Positions 10,101 through 19,600 of a DNA stretch of 64,000 nt are shown here, piece by piece. Below the pieces are notes generated by a model, which was not told where the DNA came from, searched no databases, and saw only the letters and a list, made by a program, of their open reading frames with translations. Source of the stretch: Candidatus Iainarchaeum sp. (GTDB taxonomy: Archaea; Iainarchaeota; Iainarchaeia; Iainarchaeales; UBA10219); contig JAGVWE010000004.1 of the NCBI GenBank assembly GCA_018304425.1, positions 254,121 through 318,120 of the forward strand, given 5' to 3'. Made by a program: the position numbers and the translations under genes. The stretch's first letter is position 1, and every line of letters begins with the position of its first letter.

Positions 10101-12309
10101 TCTTGGCCCAGCCCCGGTAATGCAGGGGCAATACCGTGCCGAGGGGCACGGTGTCCCGCACCATCACGTCGGCTTCGGCCTCGTAAATGCCGCCCATCGC
10201 GTTGGGGAACACGATGTTCGCCCACTTCCCGTTGCCGGTGGTAAGGCGCGTGGAGTCAATCGAGTACCCGTCGTAGGGCGTGAACGACTGCCCCCTCGTA
10301 ATCTGGGAGGTCGCGGCCCGGACATTCGACAGGTACAGGCCATCGCTTTCAAACAAGTCGTTTTCCCCGGTCCGCAAGTGGATGCCGGCCTCTTCGAAGC
10401 TGCTGCCCGGCGGGAGCTTCAACCGCAGCCGCGCCGTGTACTTCTGCCCGGGGTTCAAGGCGTTCTTCACCGCGTCCGCCCCGGAGTAGAGGCCCATCAA
10501 CTCGATTTCGGTCTTTGAAACGGTTTTTCCCAGCATCACGGCAATCGTTTGCGTCACGTCCTTGACCGGCTGCACGGGAATCGTGGTGTACGGCAGATAG
10601 TCCTGCGCATTCACCACAAAGTAAACGGTCTTGTCGGCCCGCACTTCCACCCTGGCCACGCCGTCCGAGTCCGCCATCTGCTCGGCCAGGGACTCGTTCT
10701 TGGAAACCGACAGCGCGCGCACGGAGGCACCGGCCACGATTGCGCCCTCCTCGTTGGTCACCCTCACTTCGACGGCGCCCATGCCGATGGGCAAAACAAT
10801 GGAGGCGCGGTTGACCTGCCTCCGGCTCATCTGCACGGGCAGCGAGGTGGCCTCGCCAAAGCCCGGCTTGTAAGCGTAAACGTAGTAGGTGCCGTCCTCG
10901 ACCCGTGAAAACACGGCTTCGCCGTTCGCACCTGTTACTATCTCGCTGCCGATGGCCGTGCCATCCGCTTTCTTGAGCCGCAGCCTCGCGTCCTCGACCG
11001 GGTTGTTGCTTTCGTCCGCGACTGTTACCGTCAAGGAGCCCGCGTTCTGCGCCGTGGCCTTTTCCAGGCGCAGGTCCACGGCTTGTTCGCCGGGCATGAT
11101 TCCCGATTTCTTGAACAACAAGTACTCCGCGTGGTCCACCAAAATCTCGTAGGCCACGTTCTCCCCCACCGAGAACTCCGCGGAACCGTTGGCCGCGGTC
11201 AACTGGGAGGCAATGCTCTTGTCCCCCTTGGAAAGCGTGACCAGGGCGTTGGCGACGGGTTCCTGGCTCTGCGAGTCGCGGAGCACCAGCCGGATTTTCC
11301 CGACCGCTTTCTTCGCCAGCCGCACCGACAGGCCCGCGCTCTGCTTGGGCAGCACTTCCTTGACGTCTCCCGCGACCGAGGAATCGAATTCGGCGAAGGC
11401 CCCCGTGGGGTCATAAGTGGTAACGTAGTATTTGCCTGGGACGACGTCGTTGAAGACCACCGTTCCCGCCGACGTGGTCGTGGCCTCCGCGATTTGGCTG
11501 GTGGAACCGAAGGCCTTGAGGTAGACCGTGATGCCTGCCAGGGCCTGGCCGTCCGAGCTCAGCACGGAAACGGTTAACGCCCCGGCGTCCTGGGTTGGGG
11601 CGTCCAGGAAGACTTCCGCGGTCTCCGCCGTGCTCAAGTCAATGGAGTCGTTTTCCGTCTTGAAGCCGTTCAAGGGGCTCGCGTAGAGGATGCCGCAGTC
11701 CTTTGGAACCGACAGGTCCAGCCTTCCATTGGAAGTGGTCTTGGTCTGGTTGAAAGAGCTGTTGCCACCGCAGGAAAACCGGACCGTGATTTCCCCTGTC
11801 ACCAGCTCATTGGTCCCGGCCTTCAAGAACTTGACGGTTTTGAGGATTTCCTTGGCAGCGGACTTCAGGGTAATCGCATGGCTTGCCCGCGGCTCTTTCG
11901 CGGTGAACAATTCCTGCACGGTTTCGAACTCGTCTTTTTTCGCCGTCAACTCGACTGCCTGGTTGACCGGCACCCGCACTTCCACCAACCCCGTTTCACT
12001 GGTGTTGACCACAAAAGAATCCTTGCCCGCCACCTTCACGGTTACAATCGCGTTCCCCAACGGGTTGCCTTCCTCGTCCACCACGGAAAGCGAGAGCGTG
12101 GACTCGCCGGGAGCCACCGCGCCCAGCAAAAACCAGCCGGCCACGCCCAAGACGACGAGCAGCAAGCCGAGGACAATCGGGAAGGAAGGGATGTTCTGGG
12201 CTTCAATGGGGTCAATCAGCGAGTAAACCGGGATGCCGGCCTTGTCCAGCTTGTCCAGGAAACCATAGTAAGCGTCCTCCAGCTTATAGTAAAGGTCTTT
12301 CAGCCCCAT
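4126..12309 (-). CDS. Giant membrane-anchored surface protein, paralogue B (~2727 aa), with tandem beta-sandwich repeats, a Y/N/Q/P-rich tract and a C-terminal cupredoxin domain
   Basis: Long ORF; probable ATG at 12309 after GAGGT. N-terminal amphipathic helix plus TM. Repeated V.D..G.PV..A.V ... T...G.A.F motifs. C-terminal KHTF...CSIHGGM. Confidence 0.9.
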   Translation of the reverse strand: MGLKDLYYKLEDAYYGFLDKLDKAGIPVYSLIDPIEAQNIPSFPIVLGLLLVVLGVAGWFLLGAVAPGESTLSLSVVDEEGNPLGNAIVTVKVAGKDSFVVNTSETGLVEVRVPVNQAVELTAKKDEFETVQELFTAKEPRASHAITLKSAAKEILKTVKFLKAGTNELVTGEITVRFSCGGNSSFNQTKTTSNGRLDLSVPKDCGILYASPLNGFKTENDSIDLSTAETAEVFLDAPTQDAGALTVSVLSSDGQALAGITVYLKAFGSTSQIAEATTTSAGTVVFNDVVPGKYYVTTYDPTGAFAEFDSSVAGDVKEVLPKQSAGLSVRLAKKAVGKIRLVLRDSQSQEPVANALVTLSKGDKSIASQLTAANGSAEFSVGENVAYEILVDHAEYLLFKKSGIMPGEQAVDLRLEKATAQNAGSLTVTVADESNNPVEDARLRLKKADGTAIGSEIVTGANGEAVFSRVEDGTYYVYAYKPGFGEATSLPVQMSRRQVNRASIVLPIGMGAVEVRVTNEEGAIVAGASVRALSVSKNESLAEQMADSDGVARVEVRADKTVYFVVNAQDYLPYTTIPVQPVKDVTQTIAVMLGKTVSKTEIELMGLYSGADAVKNALNPGQKYTARLRLKLPPGSSFEEAGIHLRTGENDLFESDGLYLSNVRAATSQITRGQSFTPYDGYSIDSTRLTTGNGKWANIVFPNAMGGIYEAEADVMVRDTVPLGTVLPLHYRGWAKTGGGFIRFPADNILGSKVSVAGRYDLYANTKTRSFSAGPSTLCDDAFCYTFGLEDLGTGIQTAVLEDYPARIQSSYKLSFTVTSISDRQFNSTELHVENAASAVSFSEYSVTDVSGMEKKGTLDGSQLVVPVGNMGRDDDVFGSVKLRTKREGVTDVVVSLVSQGQRVFERRIRLNVLAAAEMELEVLPKIIVPFINNNLLIKVTEKGTDNTISDATVTIRRNDVTLVSGKTNSEGIFVYQLTPTGAGSKITVLVEKPGYRSTERVITVSENILTVRPGQIKDLLVIGSNPEKEHSLFLGNQTEIPLVVEEVRESTAFKEFFKFTFADSYAGTELPTNSDQNLQFVIGLTPAAARILEPKKVSGSLDVVVSNREFNRQWTASIPVELRIGFGDEVDEAGCFSVFPQDLEISTNAGVKTYELTLKNNCAVNGQAIPLTNVEVKVVEANKNPLGEFFLSVDASEGGANRVRLTNQPAKALNVLAENAEVPLTLEFKPAEVSSGESKPTLVFTAAHNTASGQERLTQNVRALVRINDLVQCVEFIGADKLVVSSNPFNLGYGQYNANTTYDPFNYAIPDAYRNSYGYSTGVTQPFSGYQNPQSNVPVSSSQYVVNEQGVPIDPGTRQPYPQNYPDQVNNPNYGYYNQPYNQATYNSQYSSYPANLRAYPYSDYRAPNYNYDVYGGQATGQTKGNSSNFGVKNNCASAVVIDFNPEAGLLVSPQRSVVLEPNSEQTVSVQSSYVLGNYSVEARGKLKNSKEPSVPLRTITVTVDNEFSRSYSDCIDIDPAGTISLQNFVGKPKKLEVINKCYAEGIRVEPVPSSISFSNRDMILSWSVKGERLETKSTGKVTQIVSFDLIPNTQQYQNNAPPFPFEGSPMAKLGNLSYFATAGYYRVNAPTDLVVFFSNRLGSRSSRVFHVTIQDLLALGEFAERWMSYGDPNATPQSCLNPDAFKLSNHTFKGTENDCIPADLLEKNGGVYVYDTAKDMPMPFFRFAKQTPGGEVGGCGRMDRITGIQVKDNRIEKNGVVVSFEINRYSLEENLRSLGQTIFTLGGLLGGEMPKGGHDIIMRVDASEDNEAGGWNGRATKFSETVTVTVERAINGKRGNVILPLNFCINQGEPRKVQVKATDQFACENGKSGQGVVTDYGFDKLLFDWRWGGEKKEGVNPFTCGQYEYEAGADGKLGKAKPDETNYKFCDAVQFGESVAQKASLVSEAMKNLPKENALGERISSLYLYKHLIKAVTLKGVDKDSKSPMQNRLYFVGRDGTQDNVLLRGESLGVLTTRMEQLALQFLQAAKAPIESLRDPAKAKNLVDRTREIMANRLLLDEFQNIQRDMVIQIPFAPTKAIGLKITPAEYQAVLKQLGAHSFEETGYSFTGSYNGVDVEGGFYLLTLEEYQRFQQTVASLPNPESFVFDTFKSRPAAEQKALTLKALNLLKDSMEFRVGIRDKLGLTEEEKLKLMRDGSLDRVAEVSAYKDRYKFASEGIYKLYKDNIEFNAYLKEDGLSSDFKDDFQEAFKDKLGKTAGGTKGELKPFKEWLFCDDSEECEKNPKQITKFDSGLYRVRLQVYRDGMVIVRMKFEKPLKAIRERFASNPLFGLPLDNLVGLKGAELLREGYGTTYKVDSGEQDKMFFSYADSESARVAKAIGGDKPGYRHVLFDYVNRYDDTKTGKILSLVLPTGKVNDQYVPGALIYQPSDPVPLQLEVEKTSKDLFTPAGLIYQFNVKGATPGNEFIKWEASANTITGKTGKFLETVEAVGRLCKGKGSDKYHAVMFDDQPKNGRAVLKAVTFVPTRSGEVTASELQVYCGKDKFKLTAWDEGQAKSIEGEQAITLNQRGERLNSDYTFENLVKLLGQGRVCVEMKEDQTVKVGSEVKGPGMNLYWNQAELLKQTEQGTAAQPKPPQPAQVQEVTATLTDNAIALSPSTVNAGTVRFNITNNGNNKHTFAIGGSEVILEKGASQSMSVTLPAGQHEASCSIHGGMKATLTAN

Positions 12310-12429
12310 ACCCGACCTCAACCCCTTAAATCACTAAATAATTTTACTCGATTAATATACTTTGTTGGGTGATTGTATATATATACTTATCCTCTATTTA
12401 AATTCTTCTTCTACCGCCTTTAACGCCCT

Positions 12430-12472
12430 AAAAAAGGGGGTTACGCGGGTTTCGGCTTCCCGCCCTTTTTTT
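12430..12472. terminator. Hairpin flanked by A- and T-runs, probable terminator
   Basis: AAAAAAGGG...GCGGG-loop-CCCGC-CCTTTTTTT just downstream of the 12486 stop. Confidence 0.55.
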
Positions 12473-12485
12473 GCCGGCTGCCTTG

Positions 12486-14213
12486 CTAGGGCTGCGTGAA
12501 ACAACCGCTTTGCGCGCTCCCCCCGGTTGGCAGGGCCGGCATCCCCCCGGTTGGCGAGGGAGGCACGTTCACCGAGTAGCACGTCCAATCCGTGGCCACC
12601 ACGGCCTGGCAATCGGCTTGCTCTTGGGGCGGGGCATCCAGGGCACAGGCATTGTCCTGGCCCATGAACCGGTGCGTGAACCCGCTCAAGCCCCCATCAT
12701 GTAACCGGATTACATACGTGTTTTCATTGTCCTTGTTGACCTTGTACTGGTCATCGTTTTCCACGAACGAAAGGAAAGCGTCAAACTCCTTGGCCTCCGT
12801 GCACTCCACGTGCTCGGCCGCGCCCCCCTCGATGCAGGAACCAATCGGGACATACTGGGTCTTGGGCTCCCAGTTTTCCTCCGCGTCCCGCTCAAAGTAG
12901 GCCCCCACCCCCTCGACCAGGTTCGGGCACATGCCTCCCGACAGCAGAGGCGAATTAGGATAACCCGAGCTGCCCGTGAACGTGCCCGTAGAAGCGGTGC
13001 CGCTTTGGGCGTACTCGATTTTCTTGGAAATCTCGGACGCGGTTCCCACGTCCACCTGCGACAACACGCCTGGACCAATCCGCTTCACGTCAAAGCCCTC
13101 GTCCTCCCCCACCCCGTACTCCGCGGCCAACGCGTTCGCGACAAAGTTCAGGCGCTGCTTGATGATTTCCCGCAACATATCCCCCATGCTCTGCCGGTCC
13201 TTCACCCCATAGTTTCCCGCGAAATCGATTCCCATGCTCGCCAACCCGCTCAAGTCCACGTGCACGGGCGGTATGCCCGGAGGCCGGCTATCCCCGGGAC
13301 AGGGGTCTCCCTGGCTGTGCCCCGCCGGCAGGTAGGGGTTGTTCCTTGCCCCGCAACTGCCGGGGTCGCACACGCCGAGCTTCAACTCCTCCAACTCATT
13401 GTGGATTCTGGCACTCAACAAGCCATAATCCGCCTCATTGCGGATGAAGTCGCTGTCCGTGGGCGCGGCGTCATTGGGCGTGTGCGCCAATGCCTTCGCC
13501 CCGGCCAGGGCCTTGAATATGCGGAGGGGCACGTAAATCCGGAAATTGCTGCGCGGCAGGATGGGCTCCTTGATTACGCGGCCCGTGTCCCGGTTGGTCA
13601 CCCGGATTTGGGGCAGCATCTCATAGTCTTCGTCGCTTATCCGGGACATGTTGAGGTTCACGTAAAACGTGCCCACGCACTCCTTGTACACGCCGTTCGG
13701 GCAGTCGATGACTTCGAAGAAGTCGTCCTGCTTCACGCTCTCCTGGAACAGTTTCTGCAGCACCACCCGCATCTGTTCGACGTTGCTCTCCAGGTCCAGG
13801 CGGAAGCTCTTGAAGTCCTGGCCCTTCCCCGAGCCCAGGATGTTCGTCAAGTGGTTCGCGGTGCGGTTCGCGAACTGTACCCCCGAGTCCGTTCCCCCAA
13901 AGTTAGCGATTGCGAAGTCCCTGACCAGCTCGTTCCAGGTCACGGTGTCCGGCGTAATCAAAATCGAGTTCTGGGGGTTCGTCAGGTACTGCTCGATCTG
14001 GTAGCGGATGCCGAAGTTGAACACCTGCATGGCGTCCGCCCGGGCCAAATCCGCCATGGCCTGCATTTCCTGCTGTTCCTGGATGTCCGAAATCGTGTCC
14101 GTGACGTTCCGCTCCGTCCGGATCATGGACTGCGCCAGCAGCACGGCCAACACGATGAGGATGATGGAGACCAGTGCCGTGAAAAGCGTGAAACCCTTTG
14201 CCGTGCCGCGCAT
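12486..14213 (-). CDS. Large pilin-like protein with class III (prepilin) signal peptide, 575 aa, Cys-rich C-terminal half
   Basis: MRGTAKG|FTLFTALVSIILIVLAVLLAQSM: basic-Gly cleavage site followed by a hydrophobic helix. Confidence 0.75.
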   Translation of the reverse strand: MRGTAKGFTLFTALVSIILIVLAVLLAQSMIRTERNVTDTISDIQEQQEMQAMADLARADAMQVFNFGIRYQIEQYLTNPQNSILITPDTVTWNELVRDFAIANFGGTDSGVQFANRTANHLTNILGSGKGQDFKSFRLDLESNVEQMRVVLQKLFQESVKQDDFFEVIDCPNGVYKECVGTFYVNLNMSRISDEDYEMLPQIRVTNRDTGRVIKEPILPRSNFRIYVPLRIFKALAGAKALAHTPNDAAPTDSDFIRNEADYGLLSARIHNELEELKLGVCDPGSCGARNNPYLPAGHSQGDPCPGDSRPPGIPPVHVDLSGLASMGIDFAGNYGVKDRQSMGDMLREIIKQRLNFVANALAAEYGVGEDEGFDVKRIGPGVLSQVDVGTASEISKKIEYAQSGTASTGTFTGSSGYPNSPLLSGGMCPNLVEGVGAYFERDAEENWEPKTQYVPIGSCIEGGAAEHVECTEAKEFDAFLSFVENDDQYKVNKDNENTYVIRLHDGGLSGFTHRFMGQDNACALDAPPQEQADCQAVVATDWTCYSVNVPPSPTGGMPALPTGGSAQSGCFTQP

Positions 14214-14245
14214 CGAGCAATTAAAGGAATAAGTCCTTTAAATAG

Positions 14246-15970
14246 CTATTTTTCCTTGCGCTCGGGCGCGGGCGCCCTTCCCTCGTCCAGGACGGCCTGC
14301 AGCTTCCGCCCCATCATGGCCAGGCACTCGGTAATGGTGAGGCAGGGCGCGTTTTCCGCGTCGCGCTTGAACGTCAAATGGATGGACTTGAACTCGCCGT
14401 CATCGTCGAGGACTCCCTCGGAGCCGTCGGCCTTGACGTCCGAGAACACGGTCAGGTACAGGTCCTTGGCCGCCACCAGGCTCGGCAACTCGATGTTGTT
14501 GAACTTGCCGACTTCCACGGGGCACTGTACTGCGGCAGAAACCGAACCCATGGTTCGGTTCACACAGTCGTTGGCCGTGACATAATAGTAGCCCGATGAA
14601 ATGCCCAAGTCTTTCCCGCTGTTGAGGTTCAACGGCATGGTGGCCTGGCCCGGCACCTTTGCCTTGTAGCCCGTGAGTTCCGGAATTTTCCGGCCGGCCT
14701 TGACCTCGATGTCCATGACGTCGTTGTGGAACAAGCCGGTTCCACTCTTCTTCGCGTTGAAGTACACGGGCTTGTTCTCGATCACGGACTCGAAGAAGAC
14801 CACGAAGTTCCGTGCGGAGAGCTCGCATTCCTTCTTGGCGTTGATGACCTCCGCGGAGCAAACGACGTCCGCGGGTTCCCCGTACACGCCCTGCTGCCAG
14901 ATGGAGACGTCCAAGGGCTTGGCCTCGCGTTTCCCGAACTTGAGCGTGATGACCGCAATCTCGTTGGCGGACAAGACGCCCTTGCCGTCCTCCCCTGGCT
15001 CGAAGTTGCTGAACACCAAAACCTGCATTGCGTCGTCCGTCAACTGGTTCAAAGGCTTGCCGTTCACGGTGTCCACCAGTACCGTGCAGTCCACGACCTC
15101 GCCCCTCGCCACGCAGTTCCTGCTGACATCGTTGACCACGTAATAGCCGCCGGTGTCCTTCAAGTCCATGGAAGTCGAAGTAAAGGGAATGGCTTTCCGC
15201 GCAATGGGGTCAAAGGGCGCGCCCGCGCCTGGCTGGCCCTGCAGGCCCTGCTGGAGGCGGTTGAGGTAAAAGTATACCCTCGGCGGCTTGGGGTTGGTCA
15301 TGGGCACGCCTTCCAGCACCAGCTTGAAGGGCGCGCGCTCCAAGGGCTTCTGCTTCAACGACAACTCGATGACTCCATCCGGCCCCAGCACAAAGGATTC
15401 GCTGCCCTGCTCGACTCCCTTGACCGTTACCTTGAGCCCCTTCTGGTTGAGCTGGGTGGCCTCCGGTTTGTTGGCCAGCTTGTTTTCGAGGAACGCCTTG
15501 CCCCGTGCGCTGACGATTATCCTCGCGCCATCGACGTCCACGGCATTGCCTTCCACGTCCAGGTCCAGCATGATTTTCGCGCTCTCCGTGCCCGGAACCA
15601 CGTTCCAGGCATCCATGTCGCGTTTCTCAAACGTCAAAAAGTATTCCGCTTCGTCGTCTTCCTTCCACGTCCGCATGGTGCCCCACAGGGCTTCCATTCC
15701 CGGGATGCCGAACGCGAAATCCCATTGGTCGGCTTTGTCGTAGACCCGCATGAGCGTGATGGACAACACGTCGCGGCCGCCATAGGTTGCCTTCAAGGCC
15801 TGGCCCTGCTGCAGGGTGCAGCCGCCCCCGCCATACCAGTTCGTGAAATCGGCTTGGCCTTCCAAACCACCCGCCGCCGACTGGTTCAAGGGCAACGCGC
15901 ACTCCGCGGCCGCGTTGGCCGCGAACAAGGCCAGGGCCAGGAACGCCACCCAAACCATGCGTGCCCTCAT
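14246..15970 (-). CDS. Secreted hypothetical protein, 574 aa
   Basis: Sec-type signal MRARMVWVAFLALALFAANAAA; beta-rich body with Cys pairs; C-terminal CLTITECL helix. Confidence 0.8.
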   Translation of the reverse strand: MRARMVWVAFLALALFAANAAAECALPLNQSAAGGLEGQADFTNWYGGGGCTLQQGQALKATYGGRDVLSITLMRVYDKADQWDFAFGIPGMEALWGTMRTWKEDDEAEYFLTFEKRDMDAWNVVPGTESAKIMLDLDVEGNAVDVDGARIIVSARGKAFLENKLANKPEATQLNQKGLKVTVKGVEQGSESFVLGPDGVIELSLKQKPLERAPFKLVLEGVPMTNPKPPRVYFYLNRLQQGLQGQPGAGAPFDPIARKAIPFTSTSMDLKDTGGYYVVNDVSRNCVARGEVVDCTVLVDTVNGKPLNQLTDDAMQVLVFSNFEPGEDGKGVLSANEIAVITLKFGKREAKPLDVSIWQQGVYGEPADVVCSAEVINAKKECELSARNFVVFFESVIENKPVYFNAKKSGTGLFHNDVMDIEVKAGRKIPELTGYKAKVPGQATMPLNLNSGKDLGISSGYYYVTANDCVNRTMGSVSAAVQCPVEVGKFNNIELPSLVAAKDLYLTVFSDVKADGSEGVLDDDGEFKSIHLTFKRDAENAPCLTITECLAMMGRKLQAVLDEGRAPAPERKEK

Positions 15971-16597
15971 TTAAACGCCTCCACAAGCCGTTTCAAGGCC
16001 TTTCACGGCTTCCAGTCGCTGGACGTGCCGGGCTTCCTCGGCCGCGACATCCAAGCCCAACTCCGCGAACCCCAATCGTTCGCTCTCGTTTGGGTACTCA
16101 GCCAAAAAGTTGCCGTACTGCAGGGCATAGCTTTTCAGCGCCTGCAACCGCTTCGCGCCAAAGCCATCGCGTTCCCTGAACAAGGCCAGGCTCGAACAGT
16201 AGTCGCTGAACGCGAGGCCATCGATTCGGGCCACGCGCGCGTTGTACGCTTCCTCGTTCAACCCAGCGTCCGCCATCGAAGCATACACCCCGGCCAGTTC
16301 AGCGGTTGCCTTGCTGTCCGCCTTGCCGGTTGCGGCCGAAAATTTTTCCTTCAACGCCTGCCACTCGCTTTCCGCCAAAGCGGCCGCCGAAAAGTCGAGG
16401 CCCACCGCCTGGATCCCTTTTTCCGACCAATAACCATTCAATTCATCCGTGGAAACGCTGCCCCCCACCCTTGGAAGGTTGATGTCAGTCTTCACGTTCG
16501 CGCCCGTTCCCCCCGTGTCCTGCCTGGGAGCCGTGTTGTACAGGTAGGCGGCCACGGCCAGCAACCCCACCACGAGCACGATTTTTCCCAGCTTCAT
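15971..16597 (-). CDS. Membrane-anchored helical hypothetical protein, 208 aa
   Basis: N-terminal TM KIVLVVGLLAVAAYLY; stop directly abuts the next ATG. Confidence 0.8.
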   Translation of the reverse strand: MKLGKIVLVVGLLAVAAYLYNTAPRQDTGGTGANVKTDINLPRVGGSVSTDELNGYWSEKGIQAVGLDFSAAALAESEWQALKEKFSAATGKADSKATAELAGVYASMADAGLNEEAYNARVARIDGLAFSDYCSSLALFRERDGFGAKRLQALKSYALQYGNFLAEYPNESERLGFAELGLDVAAEEARHVQRLEAVKGLETACGGV

Positions 16598-16666
16598 CGT
16601 TTTCCGCCTTTAATAACATTACTTGGTGAACTTATATAAATATACTTCGGCTTTGCCCCTTGCCCC

Positions 16667-19600
16667 TCACGTGGCCCGCGTGGCGTTCCACCGGGTATAC
16701 GTGTCATATAACTCGTCCAGGTCCGGCTCGGCAGGCGCGCGGTACTTCTTGCCATAGGCTTGCAGGACGCACGCAAACTGCTGGGCTTCTTCTCCGGGGC
16801 AAGCAGCCAGCAGGGACTTGACTTCCCCGGCCGCGCAGTCAAAGCTCTCGGCAAGGCCCTTGAACTTGGGGTCGGGCTTGCCGCACCCCGTGATGTACTC
16901 GTAATTGGTTTTCGCGCCCAGGTCCGTTTGCCAGATGCCGAGGACGATCAGCAGGGCCTCTGGCACCCCGGCTTTTGCCGCTATCTCCGTCGAGTGATGC
17001 CCAATGGCTTCGTAATAGGTTTTCACGTACCTTGCTTCCGTTTTTCCTTTTTCGCCCCACAACCCGGCGTTGGGCCGCAAATTGTGCAGGGCCTTGGAAA
17101 CGTCCTTGTCAAACGCCTTGCCCGTGCAGTCCTCGAGCTTCTTGCTCTGGTCCACCGCTGCTAGGTCCGTTACGAGTGAAATCTTTTTCTCGACGAAGTC
17201 GCCCACGCGCTTCATGGTCACCTTGTAGGTCTCGCCCCGCTTGAACTTCTCGTCCGGCATCTCCGCCGTCACAACCTTTCCGTCCGGCGTCTTCACGGTC
17301 GCGGACGCGACAATGCTTTCCGTGGGAGTAATGGGTTCGGCGGCGAACTGCCAGTACGCTTCCCAAGCCAGCAACCCCATGAACTGCGCGAACAACCCGG
17401 AAACCACGCCGCCCAACAACTTCAAGGCGCCCTTGCCGCTCGCCTTCAAGATAGTGTCAGTAAAGAATTTCTTGATGGCCCCCGAGCCCTTGCCCTTGAC
17501 TCCGGTCTTCCGCATTTCCTCGAGGATGTCTTTCATGATTTTTTCCTCTTTTTCGCCGAGGGCAACGGATTCCTTGGCTGAAAGGGTTTGAACACCGGCC
17601 AGCGCACTCCACACGGTTTTCTCGGCTTTCACCACATCAGCCACCCTTGCATTGACGGCGGCGGTGAGCTGGTTTTTGGCAATGCTGCCATTGCTGGTCC
17701 ACACCGCGTCGCGCAAGGCATGCTCTACTTCCTGCCTCACCGCTGCCCTAAAGGGCGTTGCGCCAGGCGTTGGAATAAGGCCCCCACCTGCCTTGGTTTC
17801 AATGGCATCCACAATCTTGGGCGCAAGTTCATCCGACCACTGCATAATCTGGGCATTGCCGCCTGGACTGAAATCGGTTACGTTCCAGCCACCCACGTTC
17901 CTTCCCGGCGTAAAAGTTCGCAGCATGTTCTTGGTGTTGATGTTGTCAGGAAGGATTGCACTCTTGAACGCCGCTTCCACGTTCTCGCTCGTCAGCTTTT
18001 TCAACGCGGCTTCGTCGGCTTCCGTGATGAGTTTCCTCGCCTCTGCCCTGAGCGCCGTGTCGAAGTGACCCGCCCTGAATGCGGGCCGGTTGAGAACCAC
18101 GGGGGCCACTTCCTGCCGCGCCTTCAACAAGGCTTCCTGCAACTCCGTTTCAGTCAACTGCTTGCCTTTCGTGTAATAGTTGTCGAACAAGTATTTCTCG
18201 AGTTCTTCCGCGTACTCCCTGTTGAAAGTTTTCCTGGCGGTTTTGTCCAATGAATCCAGTTGCGCGGTCCACCGGGCGTTGCTTTCAGCGGTGGCAAGCT
18301 CTTCCGATACCTGGCCAAAGATTTTTTTGGCGCTTTTTTCGGTCAACGGCTTCTTCAGCTCCGGGATGACCAATTCCTTGGCCGCGCCCTCGGCGCCAGC
18401 CAGTTTGGCCCCCTCTTCCACGGCTTCCTTGACCGCGGCCTCTCCGCCGCCGGCCGCAGCCGCCTTCTCCAATGCCGTGCCAGTAACCCTCCGGATGGTG
18501 GCCGGGATGGCCGGAATCACTACCTTGCCGGCCGAACTGCCAATGCCCACCGTCACCAGCATGTCCTCGGTCTTGCTCTTGAAGTCCTCCAAGTCCTTTC
18601 CGCTCGCCTTTCCGCTGGCAATCTGTTCGGCCTGCGCCTGGAAGTCCGCCACCTGTTTTTCGGTCACGGTTTCCGGCGAACCCAAACCAACGGTGCGCTT
18701 GGCAGTCGAGTAAACCCCGGAACCCGCCTTGGAAATCGTGGTTCCCACCTTGCCCAAGACGCCGGCGTAATCCAAGCCAGCGACGCCAACGGGAACTATG
18801 CAGTCCCAGAAGAAGCTAAAGGCCCCCACCGGGAAGCCGGCCGCAGCCGCAATGAACTTGGCGCTCCCGCACCCGACCAGGAAGACGCCCAGGCCGCCGA
18901 ACTTCTGCAACGTGAACTTCTTGTCATACGCAGTCTGCCCCTCGGCCGGCGCGTCCGCCAAAATCTTGGTGGCGTCGTCCATCCGCGCCTTGGCGTCCTC
19001 GAGGTTCTTCAAGTTGCTCAACGTGATTTCGTCGGGGCCGCCCTTCCAGCCCAGGGTGGCATACAATTCCTTGGTCTCGCCATCCGCTAGCGGTTCCTTG
19101 GCGATGCGGTCCATGAAGTCATAGGGGTGCAGGGCGCACACCTGCAGGGAAACGGTTCCGTCCTTCGCGGCCTTCTTGGCGTGCACCGCGGACTGCGCGC
19201 CCAACACGAGCTTCTTGCCCTGCACCATCTGCGCGTGCGCGTCGCCCAACGCGCACACCTGGAAGTTCTTGTAATAGCGGCCCTTCAAGTCCTTTTCCTT
19301 CAAGTCCATGGCGGAAAACGCCTGCGCGCCCACTTCTTCCTTCCGGGTTTCCTCAAAGGGCTTGCCGCGGTACACCCGTTGCTCGCGGTTCTCCACCTGG
19401 GCCTGCACGTAGAATTCCTTCAAGCCGTTGAACGCCGTTTCCTGCTTCACCGACACCTTGACCGGCTCGGAGACGTCGCTGAACACGTTGAAGTCACAGC
19501 ACGCGGTGTTCTGGCTGACCGTCAACGGGTTCGGGCAGGCGTTGAGCTCCAGTTGCCCGATTTTCTCGGTGGACTTCAACCAGAACGCGTTCTCGTTGTC

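Noticed and set aside
6751-10518. 1255-aa plus-strand ORF and the many other long antisense ORFs (e.g. 19127-21565, 38419-40518, 52134-54347)
   Set aside because: Shadows of GC3-biased genes on the opposite strand; no motifs and atypical composition.
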